In this document: positions 9,134 through 18,810 of the stretch, piece after piece
Numbering within the stretch: the first letter of the stretch is position 1
Layout of the letters: each line of letters opens with the position of its first letter
Assembly: GCA_963674965.2 (NCBI GenBank)
Contig: CAXXFL010000004.1
Coordinates: 370,221 to 434,220 of the forward strand
Length of the DNA: 64,000 nucleotides
Origin: a bacterium
GTDB lineage: Bacteria; RBG-13-61-14; DATKZS01
Direction: 5' to 3'
Program-made: the position numbers and the translations under genes
The notes under the pieces: generated by a model
The model's database searches: none
The model's input: only the letters and a program-made list of their open reading frames with translations
What the model was told of the DNA's origin: nothing

Positions 9134-9262
9134 GATCTGGGGACAGCATACTTATCTCGCCTTTATTGACGGCTAGAGAGACGTTTATGAATATTCCATC
9201 AATATTCATCGTCGAAGAACCCAGTTGATTTTCAAAAATTAAGTACACTGTCCCCAGAACTC
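9134..9262. repeat. ~129 bp inverted-repeat element, copy 2, intact
   Basis: Arms GATCTGGGGACAGCATACTTA and TAAGTACACTGTCCCCAGAAC; internal palindrome ATGAATATT-CCATC-AATATTCAT. Confidence 0.9.
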
Positions 9263-9300
9263 AATATAGGTGATCTAAATTCTCCCATTAGGCCTGACCC

Positions 9301-9894
9301 TCACTTCTTCCTGTTAGTAAATTTGGGATCATCTACATTTAATGAAGGTCCGGATATGCGATAATCATCCTGCAAATGATAAATATCCCCCTTTTCATCA
9401 ACCATCCAGATATCTAATCCACTATCCGCGTCTAAATTTGCCACCGCATATGCATTCCATTTGTCAACTTCCCTGACGCATTTATAATAAGATGGTAAAG
9501 ACTCCTTTAGATTCCATACGCTTGGCATTAAAGTATCATTGTAGAAAATTGTATATCTCCCTTTGTTTGTAATATACCCCATGTCAGCAAAATTTACAGC
9601 GAAATATCCCTTTTCTTTTCTATAAATCAGTTGCTTAGAATGAACTGAACGCAATTCACGTTGCGCCTCAAGACCATTTCCTCGATAGTTGAAAGCCTTG
9701 TAATTATCAATGTTGAGTGCAAACAGAAAAGTTGCAAGAATTATTAATAGGTAGGATAGCGTCAATTGAAAAATTGTCATGCTATACTTCCTGTTAATAC
9801 TTTTTATCCATATCATCAAATCTTTCATGCCATACCTTTTACTTTCTAATGTTCTATTAACTCGGTTTATTAGGGATATGCCGGCTAATCCCAC
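9301..9894 (-). CDS. Pilin-like membrane protein in the immunity position (true start may be downstream)
   Basis: TM helix, EAQRELRSVHSKQ..Y and AVANLDADSGLDIWMVD, paralleling the pilin at 26893; no prepilin G/FTxxE site. Confidence 0.6.
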   Translation of the reverse strand: MGLAGISLINRVNRTLESKRYGMKDLMIWIKSINRKYSMTIFQLTLSYLLIILATFLFALNIDNYKAFNYRGNGLEAQRELRSVHSKQLIYRKEKGYFAVNFADMGYITNKGRYTIFYNDTLMPSVWNLKESLPSYYKCVREVDKWNAYAVANLDADSGLDIWMVDEKGDIYHLQDDYRISGPSLNVDDPKFTNRKK

Positions 9895-11384
9895 GGCTTA
9901 CCTGTTAGGAATAGAGGGCCGAGCTTCCACCATGGGTCAAGTGAAAAAGATGTTCCATCGTCAAAGTTAACGTATGTGCGATCATGAGATCCACCTGAAT
10001 AACCAGGCACTTGGTGTGCATTAATCGTGACGTCATCAGGGAAATATCCCCAATTATTCATGAAATCAGCAAGGTCCTGTGAGTACACACTGCACTGAAA
10101 ATCATCATCGATCCCGCCATCACACTTGCCCCCAAAAGCGCAGTCAACGACCACAAAGTAATTTAAAGGCCCGCTGAACACTAAGCCATTTAGAGCTTTT
10201 AGTGGTGGAGGCACATCTGATGTCAACATCGATCTAAAGAAGTTGTTTGCAGGACCCCACATCCAATAGCGTGGGCTAGTAATTGACCATATTTGCATTA
10301 AAGCAACGGATTCAGCAGCAACCCATACTTTATCCTTAGCAGCCCATGCTTTATCCTTCAAATTCATTAAATATTTAATATCTCGCCATATATAATCATT
10401 CGGGTTAAACTGATATTCTCTTCTTCCTGTTGGGTCAATTAGATTGACTGGATTATTGTCAACATATTTGTATTTGTTAACGTAGGTTCCAGGATCATTA
10501 ACTTCTCCCCTCCACTTATCCTCCTGTACAAACCTCCGCTGCTCGGGGCTGTAGTAGCGGGAGCGGTAGAACATGAGGCCGGTTTCGTCGTCGTGCTCGC
10601 GGCCGGTGAAGCCGTAGCCGCCCAGGCCGATGGAGTTGGGATCGTAGGTGATGGTTTGGTCGCCGAAGGGGGAGTATTCGGAGCGCATGGTGAGGGAGCC
10701 GTTGGCTTCGAGTTCCGTGAGGGAACCGAGCCCGTCGGTCAGGGGGAAGGCCGACCCGCCGGAGCCGACGTCCTGGAGCACGTCATCTATCCCCGGCCCG
10801 TGCACGTAGCGGCCTACCACCGTCGCCCCGTCGAACGACTGCACGATATCCTCGCCGTCGTAAAAATAAATCTCCTCGTCCGTCCCCAAGTCCTTCAGCA
10901 CCCGCCGCCCCAAAGCGTCGTAGACATACTCCGCCACCGTGGTCGCGCCTTCCTTGACCTCCACCAGCATATCGTCGGCGTCATAATAATAATCCCACGC
11001 CTCCACCGTCGTGGTCCCGTTAATCACGTCCCGGGAGGACATGGCGCCCGCGTCGTTATAATCGTACCGCACCACGTAATCCGCCGCCTCCGACGTGTCC
11101 CCGTCAGCGTCCATGTCGTACCAGATCGCCTCCAAGCGGTTCATGCCGTAACCGTCGTAAAAGTATGTCTCCTTCTCCAGGTCGAAGCCACCGTCAACCT
11201 CGGTCACGGACAGAATATTCCCCAGGGTATCATACTCGTACTCCAGCGTCGAGCCGTCCCAAGTCCCCGCCCTCGACAGCCGATAAAACGAATCGTACTC
11301 GTACTCGACCCGCACCGACGAACCGCTCAAGGTCCGCACCTGCGCGGTTCGCTGCCCCTTGGCGTTGGCGCCCGAGTCGTATTC
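9885..11384 (-). CDS. Orphan Rhs module with putative Cys-His-Asp enzyme tip
   Basis: Rhs homology starts at 11384 (EYDSGANAKG); core ends LIDPTG; tip has CSVYSQDL, SHDRTYV, LDPW. The track's extension to 11558 reads through the repeat element. Confidence 0.85.
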   Translation of the reverse strand, partial: EYDSGANAKGQRTAQVRTLSGSSVRVEYEYDSFYRLSRAGTWDGSTLEYEYDTLGNILSVTEVDGGFDLEKETYFYDGYGMNRLEAIWYDMDADGDTSEAADYVVRYDYNDAGAMSSRDVINGTTTVEAWDYYYDADDMLVEVKEGATTVAEYVYDALGRRVLKDLGTDEEIYFYDGEDIVQSFDGATVVGRYVHGPGIDDVLQDVGSGGSAFPLTDGLGSLTELEANGSLTMRSEYSPFGDQTITYDPNSIGLGGYGFTGREHDDETGLMFYRSRYYSPEQRRFVQEDKWRGEVNDPGTYVNKYKYVDNNPVNLIDPTGRREYQFNPNDYIWRDIKYLMNLKDKAWAAKDKVWVAAESVALMQIWSITSPRYWMWGPANNFFRSMLTSDVPPPLKALNGLVFSGPLNYFVVVDCAFGGKCDGGIDDDFQCSVYSQDLADFMNNWGYFPDDVTINAHQVPGYSGGSHDRTYVNFDDGTSFSLDPWWKLGPLFLTGKPWD

Positions 11385-11388
11385 GGAA

Positions 11389-11569
11389 GATATGGGGACA
11401 TCCATACTTAATTCGCTGTTTGGCAAATTATCTCCTCCGAGTGCCCGGGATAATATTTCGTTTCCCGCTTGTATTAAGCTATTCAAAAACCGGCCTCTAT
11501 AACTATCATTGTCGATATTGACGTGATATACCGGAAACGTCCAATAATTTAGTATCATATCCCCAGATC
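11389..11569. repeat. ~180 bp inverted-repeat element, copy 3, same arms with a different interior
   Basis: GATATGGGGACATCCATACTTAATT ... AATTTAGTATCATATCCCCAGATC. Confidence 0.8.
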
Positions 11570-11726
11570 CCGCGCTATCTTAATATCTCTGAACTATAAG
11601 GGACCCATTTAGCTATAGAGGCGGCTATGTGTAACCTGTTTGAGAATCGCTCCGGGAGTAGCTGTCCCTGGCGGGAAGCCCGAGGTTTTTAGAAAAACCG
11701 TATGATGCGTCCGCCGTACGGCGGCT

Positions 11727-14549
11727 TCAGGTCAGGCCCAGCTCGCGGAACCTGGCGACGTAAAGGGCGCCCACCTTGGCGGGGTCGTACTTCTCCCTGA
11801 TGAAGCGGGCGGCTTCGCGGCCGATCTTTCTTCCCCTGGCGGGGTCATCGAGAAGGAGCCTCATTTGCGCGGCCGCCTCCTCCACGTCGGGCTCGGCCCA
11901 GTACTTGCCGTTCCAGCGGGGGTAGGATCCACGCTCGATTGGGACCAGCTTATAACCCACGGGCAGGGAATTTTCCGGCAGGGTGAAGTCGAGGTTGCCC
12001 GAGTAGCCGGTGGCGATGACCGGCTTGCCCAGGTACATGGCCTCGGCCAGTCCGCGGCCGAACCCCTCGGCGCGGTGCAGGGAAACGTAGCAGTCGCACG
12101 AGTCGATAAGCGAGATCACGCGGTCCCTGTCCAGGCTGCCGGTTATCATTTTAATTCTGGGGTCTCGCCTGGCCGCCTCCCGCGCCTTCATGTAGGCCAG
12201 GGCCTGGTGGGAGGCGTTGACGCTCTTTATAACAAGGCCGACCTTTTCATCACCCGAGGGAAAGGCGGTCCTGAACGCCTCGATAACGGCCAGGGGATTT
12301 TTTCGGTCCAGGAAGGAACTCGAGTCGAAATGGAAATGAAAGAGGTAGTCCTCCTCGGGCAGAGCGAACTCATCCCGGCCGTAAACGGCCGACCTTTCGA
12401 TCACGACCGCCGCGGGAGCGGTGACGACCGGCTTGTTCACCTTTTTAGCGATGGCTTCTCTTACGAAGTCCGATCCCACCCATATCTCGTCGAACAGGTC
12501 GGCCATGGGCGCGAACTCGTCGGGGAAATCCTCCAGCTCCCAGAACCAGTAGCCGATATTGTACCTGCCGGCGAAGGCGGAAAGGCCCAGAGTGCGCAGG
12601 GCGTGGAAGGCCTGGTCCGCGTTGACGTGGACCAGGTTGATCCGGTAGGGATTGTCCCGCTCGACCCGGTCCGCGAGGATCGGCTCCGCGTGGCGCGAGC
12701 GTCCGTCCTCGAAGGGGTCGAGGGCCGCCGCGGGAACGCCCGCCGCGTCCAGGCCCTTGATAACCATGCGCAGGTTCTCGCCCAGCCCCTGCCGGCTGAG
12801 AACGTAGCCGATGGCGTTCACGCCATAGGGACGGGTGAAAATCCTTCGAGCCGCGGCCGGAGGATCGACGCTTTCCTCCGAGCGTTCATCGATAATGCTC
12901 TCGCCGGGTCCCTGCCCGCCAAGAAGCAATAATTTCTTGAGGCCTATCCAGGTCTCCCGCGCCTTGGGCTCGAGACCGGGCCACCTCGAGGCTATCGCCT
13001 CCCGCGCCCAGGGCCGGGCGCCGTCGAGAAAAAGATAAAGCTTGTTTTTTAAACGGGAGGCCAGTCCCCGCCCATAAACCGTTCCCACCCCCGCCCGCCT
13101 TTGCAGGGCGTGCTCGATGCCGTAATCGTCCACGCCCTGGACCAGGAACCAGTCGATGAATTCGGACCGTCCCTCCTGGTCCACGACGCTGAACCTCTCC
13201 GACAGCGTGTAGTCCGAGTTCCAGAGCATGTGCATGATCCGGGAAAGGGGATGTTCCTGGCCCAGATACTCCCGGGCCGGCTCGGTGAGAAAGTCGGCCA
13301 GGGCCATGGCTTCCGCGTCCAGGCCCTCCGATACTGCCCGCTTCTCCAGGAGGACGTGGGACGAGGAGTATTTCTCGAGTATGGCGTGTTCCACAAGTCC
13401 CGTCGAGTCGAACCACTCGGAAAACTTTTTTGCGGCCTTCGGGCTTCGGAAAGTAAACTCCCGCATCAGGTCCTCGCGCTCCCGCCAAATCTTGTACATC
13501 AGTCTCGAGATCGGCGCCTTGGGATTTCGTGGAAGTCCCGGCTGGGGCGCGTTGCAAATGGGCCCGCCCCCGGCGAAGGGGTCCAGCCCGAGGGCCGACC
13601 CGTCCTCGATCATTTCGCGGTAAATCCTTCTGGCCTGGGGAAGTATCTTTTCGCCGTCGTCGTAATAATCGAACTTATAGGGAAGGTCCCTGGTCTCTTC
13701 CCAGCCGTTCTGGCTCGCGAGGCGGGAGTATTCCTCGATCAGCTTTTTCACCTCCGGCAAGTCATCTCTTTCAAACCTGGTCTGGTGTTTGGACAAACAG
13801 TTCTCGTCGCCGATCACGAGGCCGCTGAAATGAAAGAAGGCCAGGGGCCTTCCATTGGCCATCCATGTCCCGTCCTTGTTTTGTATCTCGCGGTGGGCAA
13901 GGTTCCAATAGGCGGCGTTATAGCCCGGGTCGCGCAGGATACAAACGTCTTCCAGGAAGGCGGGCAAAAGGTCGCACCATTTCTGGTCCGTGAACAGTCC
14001 GTACCAGGGGTCGTTGAAGCACTGAGTCTCGAGCCTTTGGGCCCACCACCTTAAGAAGTCGTCCGTTTCCTCGCCCCGGGCCAGGGCCAGGAACCCGAGG
14101 TTGTATACGCCCATGCGCAGGAAAGTGAAGTCGTCCGGATACTTCCCGTCCTGAAGGGGGCGGGTAACGTGCGGGGTGACGACCGCTTGTTTGCCGTCGG
14201 CCAGTTCCTTCTCGACCTTTTCCATGGGGGCGGTGACCAGTATGTCCGGGTCAAGGTATATAACGGCGTCCGCTCCCGACTCCTTGAGCACGCGGAGAAA
14301 GGAGAAGGGCTTAAGGGCGGTGCAAAACTCGGTCACGTCGTACAGGAAGCTCATGCGCCGGAAGTCGGGAAGGTCGGCCTCTCCCATCTCGATGAGGTTG
14401 ACGTCTTCCAGGTCCAGCGCGGCCGGGAGCTCGTGGGGCGCGATGAAATAGTACTCGTAATCGGGATGATGGCGCGCGGCGGAGCAGAGCATGGTCTTGG
14501 CCAGGGACAAATAATTGGGGGCCGCTATGGTGAACAGGGCTATCTTCAT
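11727..14549 (-). CDS. Multidomain glycosyltransferase (N-terminal GT-A-like plus C-terminal GT4/GT-B)
   Basis: YLDPDI DxD, YNLGF and DQKWCD; C-terminal RKNP and SLHRAEGFGRGLAEAM. Confidence 0.9.
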   Translation of the reverse strand: MKIALFTIAAPNYLSLAKTMLCSAARHHPDYEYYFIAPHELPAALDLEDVNLIEMGEADLPDFRRMSFLYDVTEFCTALKPFSFLRVLKESGADAVIYLDPDILVTAPMEKVEKELADGKQAVVTPHVTRPLQDGKYPDDFTFLRMGVYNLGFLALARGEETDDFLRWWAQRLETQCFNDPWYGLFTDQKWCDLLPAFLEDVCILRDPGYNAAYWNLAHREIQNKDGTWMANGRPLAFFHFSGLVIGDENCLSKHQTRFERDDLPEVKKLIEEYSRLASQNGWEETRDLPYKFDYYDDGEKILPQARRIYREMIEDGSALGLDPFAGGGPICNAPQPGLPRNPKAPISRLMYKIWREREDLMREFTFRSPKAAKKFSEWFDSTGLVEHAILEKYSSSHVLLEKRAVSEGLDAEAMALADFLTEPAREYLGQEHPLSRIMHMLWNSDYTLSERFSVVDQEGRSEFIDWFLVQGVDDYGIEHALQRRAGVGTVYGRGLASRLKNKLYLFLDGARPWAREAIASRWPGLEPKARETWIGLKKLLLLGGQGPGESIIDERSEESVDPPAAARRIFTRPYGVNAIGYVLSRQGLGENLRMVIKGLDAAGVPAAALDPFEDGRSRHAEPILADRVERDNPYRINLVHVNADQAFHALRTLGLSAFAGRYNIGYWFWELEDFPDEFAPMADLFDEIWVGSDFVREAIAKKVNKPVVTAPAAVVIERSAVYGRDEFALPEEDYLFHFHFDSSSFLDRKNPLAVIEAFRTAFPSGDEKVGLVIKSVNASHQALAYMKAREAARRDPRIKMITGSLDRDRVISLIDSCDCYVSLHRAEGFGRGLAEAMYLGKPVIATGYSGNLDFTLPENSLPVGYKLVPIERGSYPRWNGKYWAEPDVEEAAAQMRLLLDDPARGRKIGREAARFIREKYDPAKVGALYVARFRELGLT

Positions 14550-14629
14550 GAAGACTCCAGGGCGAAAGAGCGCCTTCGTAGCCGGAGGGCAAAGCTCCGG
14601 GCGAAGGGCTTTTCATTCCTCGGGAAAAT

Positions 14630-14989
14630 TCAGGCGTTGAAATTAACCTGGTTTATCACCTCGCGCTTCATGATGGCGCCGGTGATCTCTTTTCGCTCGG
14701 CCTCGTCGGTAACGGGCGTGACGACGCTGATGGGCAATCCATCCGTGCTCTTTCTCGACTTGTACTCGACGAGGTATCCGGGCACGAGGGCGTAGGCGCA
14801 TCCGCCGAAGCCGCAGCAGGTCGCGTCAAAGGACCCGGCGCCGACGAGATAGAGGACCTCGCGTCCACCCACTTCGAGTCGCTCCTCCTTGGTGAGGACG
14901 TATCTTCCGCCAATGGAGGCTATCTCCTCCCCCAGCGGGTCGTGGATGAATTCCTTGGCCGCCATTTCCGATTTGCTTGGTGCGTCCAT
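14630..14989 (-). CDS. Hypothetical protein with CCGxGGC motif
   Basis: Well-formed ORF, co-oriented with neighbours. Confidence 0.7.
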   Translation of the reverse strand: MDAPSKSEMAAKEFIHDPLGEEIASIGGRYVLTKEERLEVGGREVLYLVGAGSFDATCCGFGGCAYALVPGYLVEYKSRKSTDGLPISVVTPVTDEAERKEITGAIMKREVINQVNFNA

Positions 14990-15103
14990 TTCATCTTCCT
15001 TCCGGAAAGTATTGCTTGAGGTCCGATTATAGGACGGCGGGAGGGATAATGGAAAGCGCCCCGGCCACTCGCTGGTCGAGCTTTGCCGGGGCGCCTTTTT
15101 CCG

Positions 15104-16573
15104 TTACTTGTTGGGGATCAGCTTTTCGGGCGACAGGGACATGTTCTTGGCGGTTTTTCCACCGATGGAAATGACGATGGGCGCGTCCTTGATATCGAGG
15201 AAGTCCTTGAGCATCTGCTTGTCGTATCCGTCCTGTTTGTAGAAGTTGGGCGGGAAGTACCACTCGATCTGGAAGTCGTACTTTCCGGGCTTGACTGAGG
15301 TCACCTCGATGTTGGTCCTGGCGTAACCGATGCTTCCGGGCACGTCCTCAGGCTCGAGTTTCTGCTCGAGGTCGTCGATGTAGGTCAGCTTGTTCACCGA
15401 CTGTTCCATGAGGGCCTTCTCGATTTTGACCCTGAAGATGAGGCTGCCCTGGGGACCGGTCACCAGGTACCAGGGGACCCAGTCTTCGGGGATGGCCTTT
15501 TCCTTGTCCGTCATCTTGCCGTCGATGGTCACTCCGTCCATACAATTGGGACTGTAAAAGCGCATGCCTATGCCCTTCTCGTTGAAGTCGTAGCCGAACT
15601 CGATCCCCGCCCGGGTGATGATGGCGTCGGGGTTGATGGGGATGTTGAGCTGCATGGGGGACACGATGACCCGGTCGTAGGTGAACACGTCCGAATAGAT
15701 GCGGGACGACTCGATGTCCAGCGGCAGCTTGACCGTCAGCCACTGGCGGCCGTAGCCCCTGACTTTCCCGTGTCTGAGGCTGTCGATGCCGCCGATCATG
15801 CTGTACTCGGTCTTATCCACCCTGATCTTGCCGAAGAAGAGCTCCATGTAGGCCCGCATCTTCTGGCAGTCCAGTATGTCCTCGCCGCTTCCTCCCGCGT
15901 CCTTGGGCACGATGAAGCTTTTGTTGATGGCGGTCTTGTAGTACTTGTCGCCGAAGCGGTTGACCAGGCCCTCGATGCGGTAGCTTTTTCCGCTCACGAT
16001 AAAGGGCAGCTCGGGGCTTTTCCATGGGTCCCAGTGCTCGAGGACCACCGTGTCGATATCCAGCTCCGGCGGAGCGGCGCCCTCGAATAAAATGAGATAG
16101 CAATAGGACAAGCCACCGGTGATCGGGTCCTTGAGCTCGATCTCGAGGCCCTCGGGGGCCGGCCATCCTTCCTTGGCCATCCTGTCGCCCGTGTCTCCCA
16201 GCCTGAAGATGAGGTAGTCCTGGGGATCGAGCTTGTTGTTGTGCTTGTCGGCGTTGGCCTTCTCCCCCAGGTCCATGATGAAGGTCCCGTCCGGAAGGCG
16301 CTCGTCGAACTGGTAGACGATCTGCTCCATTTTGCCGTTCTTGCAGGCGAAGAGCCTGAGGGAGGCGAAATCCTTGCCCAGCATGGACTCGAGCATATCG
16401 CCGGGGACCTGGATGGGGTCGTGCTCCCGGGGCATGGTGGCGGCCGTAATGGCGGGGGTTGAGCCGGCGTTTTGCGCGCCTTCCGATTCCTTGTCCTGGG
16501 CCATCATGGCGCCCGCGGCCAAAAGCGCCAGCGCCAGGGCCGGCGCCAGGACCGATTTAATCGTGGTCTTCAT
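15104..16573 (-). CDS. Secreted hypothetical protein
   Basis: Signal peptide, GAGGTG RBS, host-like codon use. Confidence 0.8.
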   Translation of the reverse strand: MKTTIKSVLAPALALALLAAGAMMAQDKESEGAQNAGSTPAITAATMPREHDPIQVPGDMLESMLGKDFASLRLFACKNGKMEQIVYQFDERLPDGTFIMDLGEKANADKHNNKLDPQDYLIFRLGDTGDRMAKEGWPAPEGLEIELKDPITGGLSYCYLILFEGAAPPELDIDTVVLEHWDPWKSPELPFIVSGKSYRIEGLVNRFGDKYYKTAINKSFIVPKDAGGSGEDILDCQKMRAYMELFFGKIRVDKTEYSMIGGIDSLRHGKVRGYGRQWLTVKLPLDIESSRIYSDVFTYDRVIVSPMQLNIPINPDAIITRAGIEFGYDFNEKGIGMRFYSPNCMDGVTIDGKMTDKEKAIPEDWVPWYLVTGPQGSLIFRVKIEKALMEQSVNKLTYIDDLEQKLEPEDVPGSIGYARTNIEVTSVKPGKYDFQIEWYFPPNFYKQDGYDKQMLKDFLDIKDAPIVISIGGKTAKNMSLSPEKLIPNK

Positions 16574-16815
16574 TTTTTCACCTCGTTTGGCGGTTATTCA
16601 GGCCTCCAACCTCGATGGCCTCGCGGTATAGTCACTTCAAATAACAAATGTTATAATGTCGAGACAATATATAACATCTCGAAAGATATGACAAGTAAAA
16701 AATGAAATGTCAAACTTACAAAAAAAAATTGATTCGGCTTTGGCCCTCTGATAAATTGATGCACGGAAAAGGCAGGCGGACGGCCAAACCTGGAATCGAA
16801 AAAAGGAGATTACCC

Positions 16816-17898
16816 ATGGACGGATACGACGACCTCATGGCCCTGCTGGATAAATACCCCACCGGGGCCCCGCCAACCGAGCACCTGAGACAAATCCTCC
16901 AGATCATTCTCACCGAGGAGGAGGCCGCCCTCGCCGCCAGGCTGGCGCCCCATCCCCTTCGCGAGACCTTGAACCGCTTGTGCGACAGGATCGGCATGCC
17001 GCCGGAAAAGGTCGGGCCCCTTTGCGAGAGCATGGCCGACAAGGGCGTGGTCTACGCCGAGAAAAAGGACGGCGAGACCAGGTACGCCGTCCTGCCCCTG
17101 GCGCCGGGCATATTCGAGCTTCAGTTCATGAAGGGAGAATACGATATCAAGTCCAAGAAACTGGCCCAGCTTTTCCACGACTATTATTACGAGGGCTGGG
17201 GCGCCGAGAGCTTCGCCATCGGCGAGCCCTTCGCCCGGGTGATAACGGTCGAGAAGGAAATCCCCGCCTCCCAGGAGGTCCAGCCCTACGACAAGGTGAA
17301 AGAGCTGATCCTTAACCACAAGCACAAGGCCCTTACCACCTGCTTTTGCCGGCACGAGCACGAGCTTATAGGCAAGGGCTGCGGCCGGCCCAAGGACGTG
17401 TGCATGGTGGTGGGACCATTCGTGGATTACGCGGTCGAGCGCGGCTTTGCCCGCCGTGCCTCGGACGAGGAGATGCTCATGGCCCTCGAGCGGGCGGAGG
17501 AGGCGGGCCTTGTCCACTTGTCGGACAACATCCAGGAGAAGGTCAACTTTATCTGCAACTGCTGCGGCTGCTGCTGCGGGATTCTCGGGACCATCACCCG
17601 GCTGAACGTTCCCACGGCGGTGGCTCACTCGAGTTATATCGTGGCCTGGGATGAGGACGCCTGCGTGGATTGCGGGGCCTGCGTCGACCGCTGCGAGGTG
17701 GGCGCCCTCAAGATGGATGGCGGGGGCAAGCTTGAGGTCGACTTCGGAAGGTGCATCGGCTGCGGCCTGTGTATAAGGGTCTGCGACGAGAAGGCCCTTT
17801 CCCTCGAGCGCCGGCCGGAGGACGACGTGAACGTGCCCTACGACAGCTTCTTCAAAATGGGCATGGCCATCTCCAGGTCGGTCAAGCGCAAAAGGTGA
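16816..17898 (+). CDS. 4Fe-4S ferredoxin-domain protein
   Basis: CFCR, CNCCGCCC and two CxxCxxCxxxC motifs; AGGAG RBS before ATG 16816. Confidence 0.9.
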   Translation: MDGYDDLMALLDKYPTGAPPTEHLRQILQIILTEEEAALAARLAPHPLRETLNRLCDRIGMPPEKVGPLCESMADKGVVYAEKKDGETRYAVLPLAPGIFELQFMKGEYDIKSKKLAQLFHDYYYEGWGAESFAIGEPFARVITVEKEIPASQEVQPYDKVKELILNHKHKALTTCFCRHEHELIGKGCGRPKDVCMVVGPFVDYAVERGFARRASDEEMLMALERAEEAGLVHLSDNIQEKVNFICNCCGCCCGILGTITRLNVPTAVAHSSYIVAWDEDACVDCGACVDRCEVGALKMDGGGKLEVDFGRCIGCGLCIRVCDEKALSLERRPEDDVNVPYDSFFKMGMAISRSVKRKR

Positions 17899-17913
17899 TC
17901 GGGCGGGGGAGGA

Positions 17914-18774
17914 ATGGACTTGAACAAGCCTCGCATGAAAAAAGTCAAGGGCGCTGGCGCCACGCTCCAGGCCCGCGTCTGGGAGGGAAAAGGCGAGCCG
18001 GTCATATTGATCCACGGGCTTACGGCCAACCTTATGTGCTGGGACGCGATGGCCGGGTCCCTTTCGCCCGCCCATAAGGTCGTTGCCTACGACCTCCGGG
18101 GCAGGGGACTATCTGAGGACCCGGGCGCGGGATACGATATCCAGGCCCACGTGGACGACCTTGCCGCCCTGATGGACCGCCTCAAGATCGGGAAAGCGAA
18201 CATAGTCGGGCACTCATTGGGCGCGTCCATTGCCCTGGCCTTCGCGGCCGCTTTTCCCGAGAGGTCGTCGCGCCTGGTGTTGTTGGACGGCGCGGGCAAG
18301 CTGACGGAGGCCCAGGTGAAAAGGGTCTTCCAGGGCATCAAGCCCAGCCTCGAAAGGCTGGACAGGGTCTTTCCCAGCGAATCCGAGTTTATAAAACTCA
18401 TGAAGGCGGCCCCCTTTTTCAAGACCTGGACCCGGGCCCACCACGAGTATTTCAGGTACGACCTGGAAAAGGTGGAGGGGGGAGTGAGGTCTCGAGTCCG
18501 TCGGGACAGGATCATGCGCGAGAGCGTGAACCTGGTCGCCTTCAAGCCGGCGGACCTTTATAAAAAGGTCTCGTGTCCCACCCTCATCCTCCGCGCGCCC
18601 GAGGGCATGATGGGAGGACGCGACGCGCTTCTGCCCAGGAACGCGCTTAAAAGGATGGTCGGTTCCATCAAGCGGACGTGGCTGGTCGAGATCGAGGGGG
18701 CGAACCATTACTCGATCATAATAAACCCCAGCAAGACCAGGGACAGGGCGCTGGCGGCGTTTTTAAGCTCGTGA
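17914..18774 (+). CDS. Alpha/beta hydrolase
   Basis: IHGLT, DLRGRG, GHSLG nucleophile elbow, C-terminal His. Confidence 0.9.
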   Translation: MDLNKPRMKKVKGAGATLQARVWEGKGEPVILIHGLTANLMCWDAMAGSLSPAHKVVAYDLRGRGLSEDPGAGYDIQAHVDDLAALMDRLKIGKANIVGHSLGASIALAFAAAFPERSSRLVLLDGAGKLTEAQVKRVFQGIKPSLERLDRVFPSESEFIKLMKAAPFFKTWTRAHHEYFRYDLEKVEGGVRSRVRRDRIMRESVNLVAFKPADLYKKVSCPTLILRAPEGMMGGRDALLPRNALKRMVGSIKRTWLVEIEGANHYSIIINPSKTRDRALAAFLSS

Positions 18775-18810
18775 GCGGGCGTGACAATTCAGGATTGGCA
18801 GGGAGACGAA

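Noticed and set aside
11385-11558. N-terminal extension of the 557-aa Rhs ORF
   Set aside because: It reads through the repeat element and has no Rhs character; probably fortuitous, though it could supply a start codon.
4707-11569. CRISPR array or classical integron attC array
   Set aside because: Spacing is kilobases, arms are inverted, there are no RYYYAAC/GTTRRRY cores, and no cas or intI gene is present.
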